Assembly: GCA_963836235.1 (NCBI GenBank) | Contig: CAWIIP010000004.1 | Span: 608,001-672,000, forward strand | DNA length: 64,000 nt | Direction of reading: 5' to 3' | From: an uncultured Pseudomonadota bacterium | GTDB taxonomy: Bacteria > Oederibacteriota > Muellerivitia > Muellerivitales > Muellerivitaceae | Shown here: positions 52,543 to 62,060 of the stretch, in pieces | How the letters are laid out: each line of letters opens with the position of its first letter | Numbering within the stretch: the first letter of the stretch is position 1 | Notes under the pieces: model-generated | Seen by the model: only the letters and a program-made list of their open reading frames with translations | Told to the model about the DNA's origin: nothing | The model's database searches: none | Made by a program: the position numbers and the translations under genes

Positions 52543-55152
52543 ATGCCACGCATTCGAATCCATCAAGGGACTTTTTTATCCGCACTTTTCTCCCGAAAAC
52601 GATTCCGTTTGGATTGGGTGGCCTGGCCGCTTTTGGCCTGCGGCGTTCTTCTTTTCACTGAACCCGTCCAATCAGCCGTATCTTTATGGCAGTCTCTGCC
52701 GTTGATCACGCAGTCGAGCCTGAGCGCGGGGAATAGTGGTGGGGAAGGCTGCCAGGTGATCCAAAATTTCGCGATCGACACCACGGGCCAATTCCTCATG
52801 ATGGGAACCGATGTGGGTGGGATATTTCGAAGTATTGATGGGGGGGTCAGCTGGCAGCCCGCCGATACGGGATTTACCCCCCGGGGAGCCTGCGCTTTTG
52901 CCATTGATCCCAACAATTCCAACCGGGTGCTGGCGGTGGGGGACAACTCCGCCGCCCAGCCCTGGAACGGCCTCTGGCTCTCTACCGACCAGGCTTCTTC
53001 CTGGACACCGGTTCAGGAAGAAAACTTCCAGGGTTCGGGAACCTATCATGATTCAGCCGCTTTTGACGCCTCCAGCGTGACGGTGTCGGGTGGAGTGACC
53101 TTCAGCGCCGTGGCCTATTGGGTGAATTACTCGGACGGGGGTGGTGGACTGTGGAAATCCACTAACGGCGGCAATAGCTGGAGCAAGATCCAAACCGCCT
53201 ATTCGGATGGTATCGTCAAAGTCAACCCTTCCAGCGGGGCAGTGTACGTGGCCACGGCCAACGGCTTCTATGTCGGCACCCCCGGGGGATCGAGCTTTAC
53301 TCAAGTCGTTACCGGTCCGGTGCTGGGATTGGATGTCATCGCCACCCAGCCGAATAACGTCTACATCAACGAAGCTAACGGTGTCTATGTTTCCACGAAT
53401 TCAGGGCAAAGCTTCACCGAAATGGGCAACACCGGACTGCCTACCAGCGCTTCTCCGGGATTACGTAACCTCAAGGTTAGCCCGGTAAATCCGAACAATA
53501 TGCTCATCGACGAGGATATGGGGACCTATACCTCCCAAAATTATTACTATTCCTCCAATGGTGGTAACAACTGGTCGGCTTGCGCGCTTAACTCTGCCCA
53601 AAGCTTTGTCCCACTCAATACCCGGGAATGGCTCTTTGTTTGGAGCCCTACCAACGCCAACCAGGCCTGGACTTGTGGAGGGGATTTCATCAGCCAAACA
53701 ACCAATGGAGGAGCTAATTTCGCCTGGTCCAGCAATGGGTACAACGACTTTACCTGCACGGGTATTTTTAACTTCAATACCCAAAATCCCAACCTGCTTT
53801 TGGTCACCAGCCAGGACTACAACTCGGCCTTTACCGGGGCGGTTACCAACAGCGCAGTCACATGGGAATATTTGAATGTTTCCGGGCTAGGATGGGGAGG
53901 ATTCAATTACGGGGGTTACGCATTGAGTTCCACGGTGATGGTGGCCGGTAACTCGGTGGCTTGGGGGGCGCCCGCTACCCTGATGGTTTCCACCAATGGG
54001 GGGAGTAGCTTCACCAGCACAGGATTGGTGGGCAACAATACCCAGACGGCTTGTGGGGACCCGGTTAGTGCCACGGTGGCTTTTTGGGACAATTACCGCA
54101 CTATCGATGGAGGAAGCACCTGGCAGGCGATGACCAATTGCGGGGGTGTTTTTACCTATGATTCGAACCCCGCAGGGGCTCATGAGCTATATGGGGCTAA
54201 TGGTTCCATGGTGGTGAAATCCATAGATCATGGGGCTACCTGGACCAACGTGGTGACGGTATCGGGAACGGTAGCGGACTTGGCCTATGATTGGAGCGAC
54301 AACCGGCTCTATATCGTTTCAGGAAGCTCGTTGTTGGAATACAACGGGACATCTACGACGAACCTCTCGGGAGTGCTGGCGGCTGACAACGAGGGGAACC
54401 AGAGTGTAGTCTCGGTGGCGGTGGACCCGGTAAATCCCACCATTGTTTATGCGGCCTGGAACGGTGGAAGTTATATGTCAAACCAGGCTATTCGCTATTC
54501 GGTGAACGCGGGAGCGACCTGGAGCACGCTGACCAAACAGCCGGGCGACACGGGGATGGATGGAGGCAGAGAGTCGGCCTGTGTGAGGGTCAACCCGTTG
54601 ACCCGCTACCTTTATTCCACCGGGAGCTGTTTTGGGGTCTGGAAATACCCGCCCCCGGTTTCCGGGTCGCCGACTCCCAGCGCTACACCAACACCCACCA
54701 ACTTAGGTGGTTTTACCTCTACACTCACACCGACGAAAACATCAACCATTACCTCTACTCCGACCCAAACCTTTACAGCTACTTCAACCATTACACCAAC
54801 GCCTACCAATTTATACGGTTATACTTCCACGCCGACACCCAATCCGGTGCTTGTTTCCGTGGGCCCCGTGGGTGTCCCCATCGTTTTTCCCAACCCGATA
54901 ACGAGTTCGGGCCAACCGACCCAAGCTCAAATTTATTTTAAAAACAGCGCTCATTACGGCCGCCTAGAAATATTTACCGTAAACTTTCGAAAGGTGGAAG
55001 AAGTTTATATTGGGGATGTCAACCCGGGAACCATAACAGTGTCTTTATCCCTGGCCGATAGCGGAGGGATATCTTTAGGGAATGGCCTGTATTATCTTGT
55101 CGCCAGGGATTCCGCGGGGCAGGCGATAGGGAAGATGTTGATTCTGCGCTGA
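52543..55152 (+). CDS. Secreted GH74-like beta-propeller with a short Thr/Pro linker and a T9SS-like CTD
   Basis: The propeller domain is identical to that of 22386-25427; the signal peptide and CTD differ (FPNP...LGNGLYYL...KMLILR). Confidence 0.8.
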   Translation: MPRIRIHQGTFLSALFSRKRFRLDWVAWPLLACGVLLFTEPVQSAVSLWQSLPLITQSSLSAGNSGGEGCQVIQNFAIDTTGQFLMMGTDVGGIFRSIDGGVSWQPADTGFTPRGACAFAIDPNNSNRVLAVGDNSAAQPWNGLWLSTDQASSWTPVQEENFQGSGTYHDSAAFDASSVTVSGGVTFSAVAYWVNYSDGGGGLWKSTNGGNSWSKIQTAYSDGIVKVNPSSGAVYVATANGFYVGTPGGSSFTQVVTGPVLGLDVIATQPNNVYINEANGVYVSTNSGQSFTEMGNTGLPTSASPGLRNLKVSPVNPNNMLIDEDMGTYTSQNYYYSSNGGNNWSACALNSAQSFVPLNTREWLFVWSPTNANQAWTCGGDFISQTTNGGANFAWSSNGYNDFTCTGIFNFNTQNPNLLLVTSQDYNSAFTGAVTNSAVTWEYLNVSGLGWGGFNYGGYALSSTVMVAGNSVAWGAPATLMVSTNGGSSFTSTGLVGNNTQTACGDPVSATVAFWDNYRTIDGGSTWQAMTNCGGVFTYDSNPAGAHELYGANGSMVVKSIDHGATWTNVVTVSGTVADLAYDWSDNRLYIVSGSSLLEYNGTSTTNLSGVLAADNEGNQSVVSVAVDPVNPTIVYAAWNGGSYMSNQAIRYSVNAGATWSTLTKQPGDTGMDGGRESACVRVNPLTRYLYSTGSCFGVWKYPPPVSGSPTPSATPTPTNLGGFTSTLTPTKTSTITSTPTQTFTATSTITPTPTNLYGYTSTPTPNPVLVSVGPVGVPIVFPNPITSSGQPTQAQIYFKNSAHYGRLEIFTVNFRKVEEVYIGDVNPGTITVSLSLADSGGISLGNGLYYLVARDSAGQAIGKMLILR
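52675..54735 (+). repeat. 2,061-bp direct repeat, copy 2
   Basis: Matches 22518-24578. Confidence 0.93.
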
Positions 55153-55204
55153 TAGCCTAGTTCGGACAATAGTTTTTGAAATAAATTGAAGGGACCCCTT
55201 CAAT

Positions 55205-55450
55205 TTAAGGAAGAACACGAAAGAAGCGAGAATTGACGACGTTGTATAAATCCCCAATGGTAGGACTTTTCAAGATGTCTTCGCCTTCAATGGAGACGCC
55301 ATACTCCTGATCGACCATGGTGATGATGGATAAAGCCGTCAGCGAATCCCAACCACCGATTTCATCAAGACTGGTTTGCAAGGTCGCGTTTTTAACGTTG
55401 GTTCCGTCGAATTGAGCCAGGATGTTTTTAATGAAAAGTTCGGTATCCAC
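55205..55450 (-). CDS. Acyl carrier protein
   Basis: 81 aa, acidic, with a GWDSL phosphopantetheine site and a TIGDL C-terminal helix. Confidence 0.9.
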   Translation of the reverse strand: MDTELFIKNILAQFDGTNVKNATLQTSLDEIGGWDSLTALSIITMVDQEYGVSIEGEDILKSPTIGDLYNVVNSRFFRVLP

Positions 55451-55845
55451 TTTCTCACCTCAAAAAGAGCCGGTTAATTTGGAATCTTTGCCAAAATTCT
55501 AAAGATGGACTCCACGCCTGCGGTTTTCCCCGGCGGGTAAAAATTAATATAACCTAATAAACACCAAAGATCGCCATGTATGGGAAAAACCCTATCAAGA
55601 ATTAGCAAGACTTGATCTTTATAATGACTTTGGTAAAAAATGTAAACCAAAGAGTTATCCGCTTGTCCAAAAGGTCATTGGCAATAATGGGCTTGATCAA
55701 AGCCCCCTGTGTGGAATGGTTGACCTGGAAATATTTCAGCCGCCACCGAACGCTTTTATTTTGGAAAATAAGTTCACAGTGGGCGGGGGTTAAAAAATCT
55801 TGTGTCATATGACTTTTAAAGGACCAAAAAAAACGGGGGCAGGCC

Positions 55846-57444
55846 ATGCGCGATGACAGAGAAAATCACGGGGAAATAAGTGAAAAAAATAAAGAACTTT
55901 GGGAAAACTACAATAAGACGGATGAGGATATCCCGCACGAAACATTACATGGGATGTTTTCCAGGCAGGCAAAAAGGACTCCCGATAAAGTTGCCGTGAT
56001 AAATGAAGGAGAAACTATAACCTTCATCGAATTAGACAAAAGATCCAACCAGGTTGCGAGGTATTTGAAGAATCGTGGAATTGGCAGGCATGGTTATGTG
56101 GGAATTCTGGTTGGGAGGCGCATCGGGACCATTGTAAACATTATGGGCGCTTTGAAAGCGGGATCGGCCTATGTGCCGATCGAGCCCGATTATCCAATCG
56201 ACCGGAGAGATTTCATATTGAGCGATAGTGGATGCCATTGTTTGCTAGAACCTGAGTTTTACGAAGCGAACCATTTGAAAGAATATGAATATTCGGAGAT
56301 TACCCAAAACGAATATCCTGAGGATGTGGCCTACGTCATTTATACATCCGGAAGCACCGGTAGGCCTAAAGGGGTCGTAATTAAACACGACGCGGTGTGC
56401 AATACGATCATCGATCTCAATCAAAAATACAAAGTGGGCGAAAAAGACCGGATGATTGGGCTGTCTTCCATGTGTTTCGATTTATCGGTTTACGATATAT
56501 TCGGGTCATTGGCGAGCGGAGCCACCTTGGTTCAAATCCCCAATCTCCTGGATATCACTCGCGTTCAAAAAGTTGTCGAAAATGGGGAAATAACGGTATG
56601 GAACTCGGTCCCGGCCATCATGGAGCTGTTGATTGAGACCAATGGGAAAAAGACGAGAGACATCAATTATTGGGAAGCGCCTCCTGATAGCGGTAGGGTG
56701 ATTAAATATAAAATGAACGAAAATATGAGACTGGTTATGATGAGCGGCGACTGGATTCCATTGAGCCTGCCAGACAAAGTCAAAGCTGAGTTTCCAATCG
56801 CGGAAGTCATCAGTTTAGGTGGGGCGACCGAAGCATCCATCTGGTCCATCTATTTTCCGATTGCGGAAGTTCGGAAAGAATGGAAAAGCATCCCTTATGG
56901 AATTCCTTTGGCGAACCAAAAATTTTATGTTCTGAACGAAGCGATGGAGTTGAGCCCTTCAGGCGAGATGGGAGAATTGTATATCGGGGGAGTTGGAGTA
57001 GCGGAAGGCTATCTTAATTCCGAAGAAAAGACCAGGAACGCTTTTATGGTTCATAAGGAATATGGTAAGTTATATCGGACGGGAGATTACGGAGTTTTGC
57101 GCTCTGAAGGATATATTGAGTTTCTAGGACGAAAAGACAGCCAAGTCAAAATCAGGGGCCACCGGATAGAGCTTGGGGAAATCGAGAACGTTCTTAATCA
57201 GAAAGAGGGCGTCAAAAACTCAATTGTTGCTGACCGGGTGGACCCCACGGGCCGTAAATACCTGGTAGCTTATGTTGTGCAAGAGGGGAAATTAGACAAG
57301 GAAGAATTCAGCGGCTATCTGAGCAAATCATTACCCGAATATATGGTTCCGACATTTTATGTGAAAGTGGATCAAATTCCGCTTTCGTCGAATGGAAAAG
57401 TGGACAGAAAAGCTTTGCCGGATATAGAGGTTTCGCCGGAGTAA
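55846..57444 (+). CDS. Stand-alone NRPS adenylation domain, predicted to activate cysteine
   Basis: Core motifs YTSGSTGRPKG, FDLSVYD, SLGGATEASIWS, YRTGD, GRKD.QVKIRG.RIE and NGKVDR. Specificity residues read manually as DLYNMSLIWK. There are no C, Cy or T domains. Confidence 0.88.
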   Translation: MRDDRENHGEISEKNKELWENYNKTDEDIPHETLHGMFSRQAKRTPDKVAVINEGETITFIELDKRSNQVARYLKNRGIGRHGYVGILVGRRIGTIVNIMGALKAGSAYVPIEPDYPIDRRDFILSDSGCHCLLEPEFYEANHLKEYEYSEITQNEYPEDVAYVIYTSGSTGRPKGVVIKHDAVCNTIIDLNQKYKVGEKDRMIGLSSMCFDLSVYDIFGSLASGATLVQIPNLLDITRVQKVVENGEITVWNSVPAIMELLIETNGKKTRDINYWEAPPDSGRVIKYKMNENMRLVMMSGDWIPLSLPDKVKAEFPIAEVISLGGATEASIWSIYFPIAEVRKEWKSIPYGIPLANQKFYVLNEAMELSPSGEMGELYIGGVGVAEGYLNSEEKTRNAFMVHKEYGKLYRTGDYGVLRSEGYIEFLGRKDSQVKIRGHRIELGEIENVLNQKEGVKNSIVADRVDPTGRKYLVAYVVQEGKLDKEEFSGYLSKSLPEYMVPTFYVKVDQIPLSSNGKVDRKALPDIEVSPE

Positions 57445-57615
57445 GCCGAAGGAACGGCTTTGCTTTTCGCGTTCCCGAAATTCAGGCATTGAATATAAAA
57501 TGATCATCGAGTCTGACGCCTGTCAAAGCGGTGCTGGGTTGGGCGAAGAGGGTCATTGGGAATAGGTTTAATAAAGGAATGGTCTTAGTAAGTGCCTCAT
57601 CGTCAAGGGAATGAA

Positions 57616-58596
57616 ATGGAAAAAAACGGAAAATATTTCTGGTCGCCCTCGGTTCGATGGAAAAAAACCGATAACGAAATTCGAATAGAGATCTTTTCTT
57701 ATTCGGGATTTGTGAGTGATTTATTCCCCGACTTTTATTTTTTAACCCAAAACGGAATAATGATTGAGGAATTAATCAGCAAGTATTCTTACGTCGGTAA
57801 AAATAAATTTACCCTTTTTTTAAAGGATTTGATAAAGAAGAAAATCCTCGTAAAAGGTGTTTTGACACCCCAAGAAATATTTTATCCTCAAAGTTACCTT
57901 TTTAATAAAGATGGCGCGAAAAAGGGTCGTCCCGAGCCGTATAATTCGGTTGAAAAACAGCCCGGCGGGGAACGCGGTTTTGAAAACGAAAAAAAAATTA
58001 TTCTGAAACACAATCATGAATTCCCGGACATTATCAGCCAACGCAGAACTTGTAGAACTTTTGATCAAAATCGTGTTGTGGACGAAAATGCTTTTTCGAA
58101 TCTTCTAGCCGTTTTTAGCCAAGTCAAAAATGGCGAAAATATCCGGTATTATTACGCGAGTTCCGGTAGTTCTTATCCTATTGATGTGTATGTTTACGTC
58201 AAAAAGGACCGGGTCGAGAATGTTGCCGGAGGTTTGTATGATTATAAACCTGCCGATAACAGCCTGAATTTAGTGAATGACACGTTTGAGATTCCCAAAA
58301 ACGCGCATTATTTCACCAATCAAAATATTTATCTTGGATCAGCCTTCTCGATTTTCTTTATTTTCAACGCCGAAGCGACCATGCCGAAATATGGCGGAAT
58401 CGGATATTTTTACGGATTGATAGAAACCGGAATCATGGTGAGCACGATGACATGTATTGCCGAAGCGAACGGGATTGGAATATGTTCTATTGGCGACATG
58501 AATTTCAAAAAGATAGAAAAATATTTCAATTTGAATGAAAAGCAGGTTCATATCCATACGGTTGAAGCGGGTTTGAAGGAAAAAGAGAATAAATAA
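57616..58596 (+). CDS. SagB/ThcOx-type FMN-dependent dehydrogenase (nitroreductase fold, azoline oxidase-like)
   Basis: RRTCRTF, YASSGSSYPIDVY, GLYDY.P, KYG and ETG...GIGICSIG. Confidence 0.85.
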   Translation: MEKNGKYFWSPSVRWKKTDNEIRIEIFSYSGFVSDLFPDFYFLTQNGIMIEELISKYSYVGKNKFTLFLKDLIKKKILVKGVLTPQEIFYPQSYLFNKDGAKKGRPEPYNSVEKQPGGERGFENEKKIILKHNHEFPDIISQRRTCRTFDQNRVVDENAFSNLLAVFSQVKNGENIRYYYASSGSSYPIDVYVYVKKDRVENVAGGLYDYKPADNSLNLVNDTFEIPKNAHYFTNQNIYLGSAFSIFFIFNAEATMPKYGGIGYFYGLIETGIMVSTMTCIAEANGIGICSIGDMNFKKIEKYFNLNEKQVHIHTVEAGLKEKENK

Positions 58597-58825
58597 GACG
58601 GTTGGAGGCGCCTTCCCGCTATAGGGAATTTCACGCTGCAATGAATGGACATCCAACTGGTTCAAAAGCCAAACGCTTATTTGCCGCGAGGTTAATCGAA
58701 CTGGTTTAGTTTTTTCATCTTAAAGGAGTTCGTGCCAACGCGGGTTTCGCCAATTTTGCGCCAACCTAAATGAGGGTTCTTGTCTTCTGCGCGAAGCGGT
58801 TTTTCTCGTGCACAGAAAGGGTAAA

Positions 58826-59590
58826 ATGTTCCAAAGGTTTGTTCTTTTTTTAAAGTATGTTTTAAATATTCCCCTGCGCCCCCAATCCCGCGCGAGGAAG
58901 ATATGTCTTCTTCTGCGCGCGATACCGAAGACCCTTTACTTTAATTTCAAATATTTCGATTTCAAGAACGCCATCCGGTTTCCGGTTTGGATTTCCCACC
59001 GGGTCCACCTAATGCACATGGGAGGAACCGTGGTCATTGATGCGCCGGTCCAATTCGGAATGGTCCGGATCGGGTTCGCCGAGAACAATTTGTCCAATGT
59101 CGAATTTGACAGGAATGTCTGGGATGTTTGGGGAAAGGTCGTTTTCAAGGGCCGGCTGGTCATGGGCCTTGGCAACAAGATAACGGTCCCGCTCCAGGAA
59201 GCCATCCTTACTTTCGGTTCAAATAATCTGATCAACGTTAACAACCAGTTTTGTTGTGCCAAATCCATCACTTTCGGCGACTATTTGCGCGTAGGATGGG
59301 AAAATATATTTATGGACACGGCTTACCACAACATCAAATCCAAAGGAAAAATATTGAATCCCCCCCGGCCCATCCTCGTTGGAAATCATGTTTGGATCAC
59401 GACCCGTTGCGGAATTTTCCAGGGAACCGAATTAGCGGATGAGTCTATCGTCGCCTATGGCAGCCTCTTATCCTGGAAATATACTAAACCCAAATCCATA
59501 ATTTCTGGCTATCCCGGCCGGGTTGTTCTCGAAGGGGTAGAACATGATGAGCTTCCGATGGAGTATTTCCAAACCCATCTTGTTGAATGA
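58826..59590 (+). CDS. Left-handed beta-helix (hexapeptide) acyltransferase
   Basis: ITFGD, MDTAYH, PILVGNHVWI, SIVAYGS and GYPGRV. Confidence 0.8.
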   Translation: MFQRFVLFLKYVLNIPLRPQSRARKICLLLRAIPKTLYFNFKYFDFKNAIRFPVWISHRVHLMHMGGTVVIDAPVQFGMVRIGFAENNLSNVEFDRNVWDVWGKVVFKGRLVMGLGNKITVPLQEAILTFGSNNLINVNNQFCCAKSITFGDYLRVGWENIFMDTAYHNIKSKGKILNPPRPILVGNHVWITTRCGIFQGTELADESIVAYGSLLSWKYTKPKSIISGYPGRVVLEGVEHDELPMEYFQTHLVE

Positions 59591-59939
59591 CCCGATCATT
59601 TGTCGCGGTGGAGATGAGTGGCGATTGAAAAGAGGGCTAAGCCACGAACCATATTTGAGTATAAAAAATGAAAATGGCTATTTCATAAATAAATTATGAT
59701 TCAATTTGGGAAAGCTGAAACAAGTATAACAAAAGAGTTAGAAACCAGAATAACAACGATGAATTTGCCCCTCCTAAGCGAAAATTAAACTATTGAGCTG
59801 AAACGACAGAAACAAAAATCATTTTTAGTTTTTCGGTTTCCTTGTCCTAATTTTATTACTGTGATAACCTATCGGTTCTCGATTAACCTAAAAGTAACTA
59901 TGGTTAAACAGTAAAGGAACCCTGACTTTTAAGTCGTTT

Positions 59940-62060
59940 ATGAAACAAAATCAGATTTTTTTTAGGACTTTTTGCACCAAAGACATTCGCTCCTTTTCAG
60001 TGGCAGTTGCCCTGTTGTGCTTGTTTTTTTTTAGCCCCTATAAATCCTTAGCTCAAGATTCACCAACTGATACTCCAACGGATACGGCTACCGACACAGC
60101 GACACCTACTCCCATCTTCACTGACACTCCAACTGACAGCCCAACTTTCACTACCACGCTCACTACTACAAACACTCCCATCTTCACCGACACTCCAACC
60201 GACAGCCCAACTTTTACTACTACGTTCACTACTACAAACACTCCCATTTTCACCGACACGCCAACCGAGAGCCCAACTTTCACTACCACGTCTACTGCTA
60301 CTAACACTCCAATCTTCACCGATACTGCTTCTTCTACCCCGAGCCAGACATCGACTAATACCTTTGTCAACACAGCGACCTTAACACCCAGCTCAACCGC
60401 TATCAATACTCCGACTAATACTCCGGTTAATACCGGTACTCCGACGCAAACACCTACGAGGACCAGAACGTCGACCCCTTCCGCTACCTCGACGAAATCA
60501 CCAACTAGTACTCGCACCGGCACTCCGACCCACACCGGTACCCCGACTCAAACGGGGACACCCACGGGAACCTTCACCAAAACGCCCACGAGTACTATTA
60601 CCCTTACAGAAACTCAGACCCCAACATCCACAGTTACTAATTCACCGTCGAATACCCCGGCAAATACGGCTACTACGACAGCCACACCCACGAATAGCGG
60701 AACTCCTACTCCAAGTTCCACCCCCACGAATAGCGCGACCGCTTCCGATACTTCCACTACGACGGATACACCGACTGATAGCGGAACGCCAACCCCGAGT
60801 GGAACTCCTACTAATAGCGCGACAGCTTCCCCTACGTTTACGCCGACTTTTTCGGCTACAACGACACCAACCTCAACGGTCAGCGATACTCCGACCAATA
60901 CGACAACAAACACAACTACTAACACACCTACGGCTACTCAGACACCCATTTCGGGCGGGAATCTTTCTATTATTAATAACCTGACACAACCGGTTACCTT
61001 GACGAACTTTGGTATAAACAATTTAACTGTTATTTTCCCAACTTGCGCGTTCACTGCTGGACAATTGCCAGTGACGATCACGGTTAGTCAATTTAACGTT
61101 AGCGCGGCACCGGCAACTCAAAACGTGAATCTTGCTCAATTTCTTCCGTCGTCGGTTTTTCTCATAAACACGGGCGGTGCTGAACCAAGTTGTTACGTCT
61201 CCCTTACTTTTCCTTATAACCCTTCTGAATTAGGGAGTTCACCTACTTCAAATTTGGAGGTCGTTTATTTTAATGGATCGGCATGGATTAGTGTTCCCGG
61301 CCCTGTTATAAATACCGTTAACGATACGGCGATGGTAAGCGTTAATGCTTCTCTTTCCACTTGGTGGGCAGTGGCCGTATCTGTTGTGGCTACCAATACG
61401 CCTACGGCTACAGCTACAAGCACCATTACGGACACATTTACACCAACCAGTTCTCCAACAAATACAACTACTTTCACGCCCACAAGTACTTTCTCGAATA
61501 CACCTACGGCTACAGTTACCAGCACGGTTACCGATACTCCGACAGCTAGCGATTCACCAACCCCAACAGACACTTTCATGTATTCTCCTACTAATACTGC
61601 CACAAGCACTGTTACCGATACTCCGACTTCTACCAATACATCTACTAGTTCTGCGACACTCACCAGTACTCCCACTAGTACCGTAACGCTTTCAGCGACA
61701 CCGACTATATCCTCTACCAGCACGGCCACTTTAACTCGTACAACCACTGAAACGGTTACGCCGACTCCCATCCTTACGCCCAATATCGTTTATCTTAGTT
61801 CCAACACAGTTAATTCTATTAGCGGTCCTCCTCTCAACATCCAATTTAGTACAACTAACGGCGTCCCAACCGGGATCACCATCCACGGTTCTTCCGGTCG
61901 CATTATTCGTCACTTGCCCATTCTCACAGGTACCTCCAACGTTAATTGGGATGGCAAGGATGATAGTGGCTCGCCTGTGTCTACCGGTATTTACCTAATT
62001 GCAGTTCATGAAGCGAACGGTAAGCCTGTCTTCCGGAAAGTGGCGGCATTGAAAGAATGA
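59940..62060 (+). CDS. Secreted mucin-like Thr/Pro-rich protein with a central globular domain and a C-terminal FlgD-Ig/T9SS-like CTD
   Basis: Signal peptide (SLA-QD); two long TPT tracts; C-terminal GRIIRHL...[14 protein letters not shown]. Confidence 0.8.
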   Translation: MKQNQIFFRTFCTKDIRSFSVAVALLCLFFFSPYKSLAQDSPTDTPTDTATDTATPTPIFTDTPTDSPTFTTTLTTTNTPIFTDTPTDSPTFTTTFTTTNTPIFTDTPTESPTFTTTSTATNTPIFTDTASSTPSQTSTNTFVNTATLTPSSTAINTPTNTPVNTGTPTQTPTRTRTSTPSATSTKSPTSTRTGTPTHTGTPTQTGTPTGTFTKTPTSTITLTETQTPTSTVTNSPSNTPANTATTTATPTNSGTPTPSSTPTNSATASDTSTTTDTPTDSGTPTPSGTPTNSATASPTFTPTFSATTTPTSTVSDTPTNTTTNTTTNTPTATQTPISGGNLSIINNLTQPVTLTNFGINNLTVIFPTCAFTAGQLPVTITVSQFNVSAAPATQNVNLAQFLPSSVFLINTGGAEPSCYVSLTFPYNPSELGSSPTSNLEVVYFNGSAWISVPGPVINTVNDTAMVSVNASLSTWWAVAVSVVATNTPTATATSTITDTFTPTSSPTNTTTFTPTSTFSNTPTATVTSTVTDTPTASDSPTPTDTFMYSPTNTATSTVTDTPTSTNTSTSSATLTSTPTSTVTLSATPTISSTSTATLTRTTTETVTPTPILTPNIVYLSSNTVNSISGPPLNIQFSTTNGVPTGITIHGSSGRIIRHLPILTGTSNVNWDGKDDSGSPVSTGIYLIAVHEANGKPVFRKVAALKE
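60105..60325 (+). repeat. ~3.5 tandem 66-bp coding repeats with the same unit as 30381-30720, in opposite orientation
   Basis: [17 protein letters not shown] units. Confidence 0.8.

Noticed and set aside
22518-54735. Diversity-generating retroelement (TR/VR) explanation for the 2-kb repeat
   Set aside because: No reverse transcriptase is present, the repeat is far longer than a TR/VR pair, and no adenine-specific mismatches were seen.
55602-55847. Short ORFs as RiPP precursors for the SagB-type oxidase
   Set aside because: No YcaO/cyclodehydratase, no leader/core pattern and no clear RBS.
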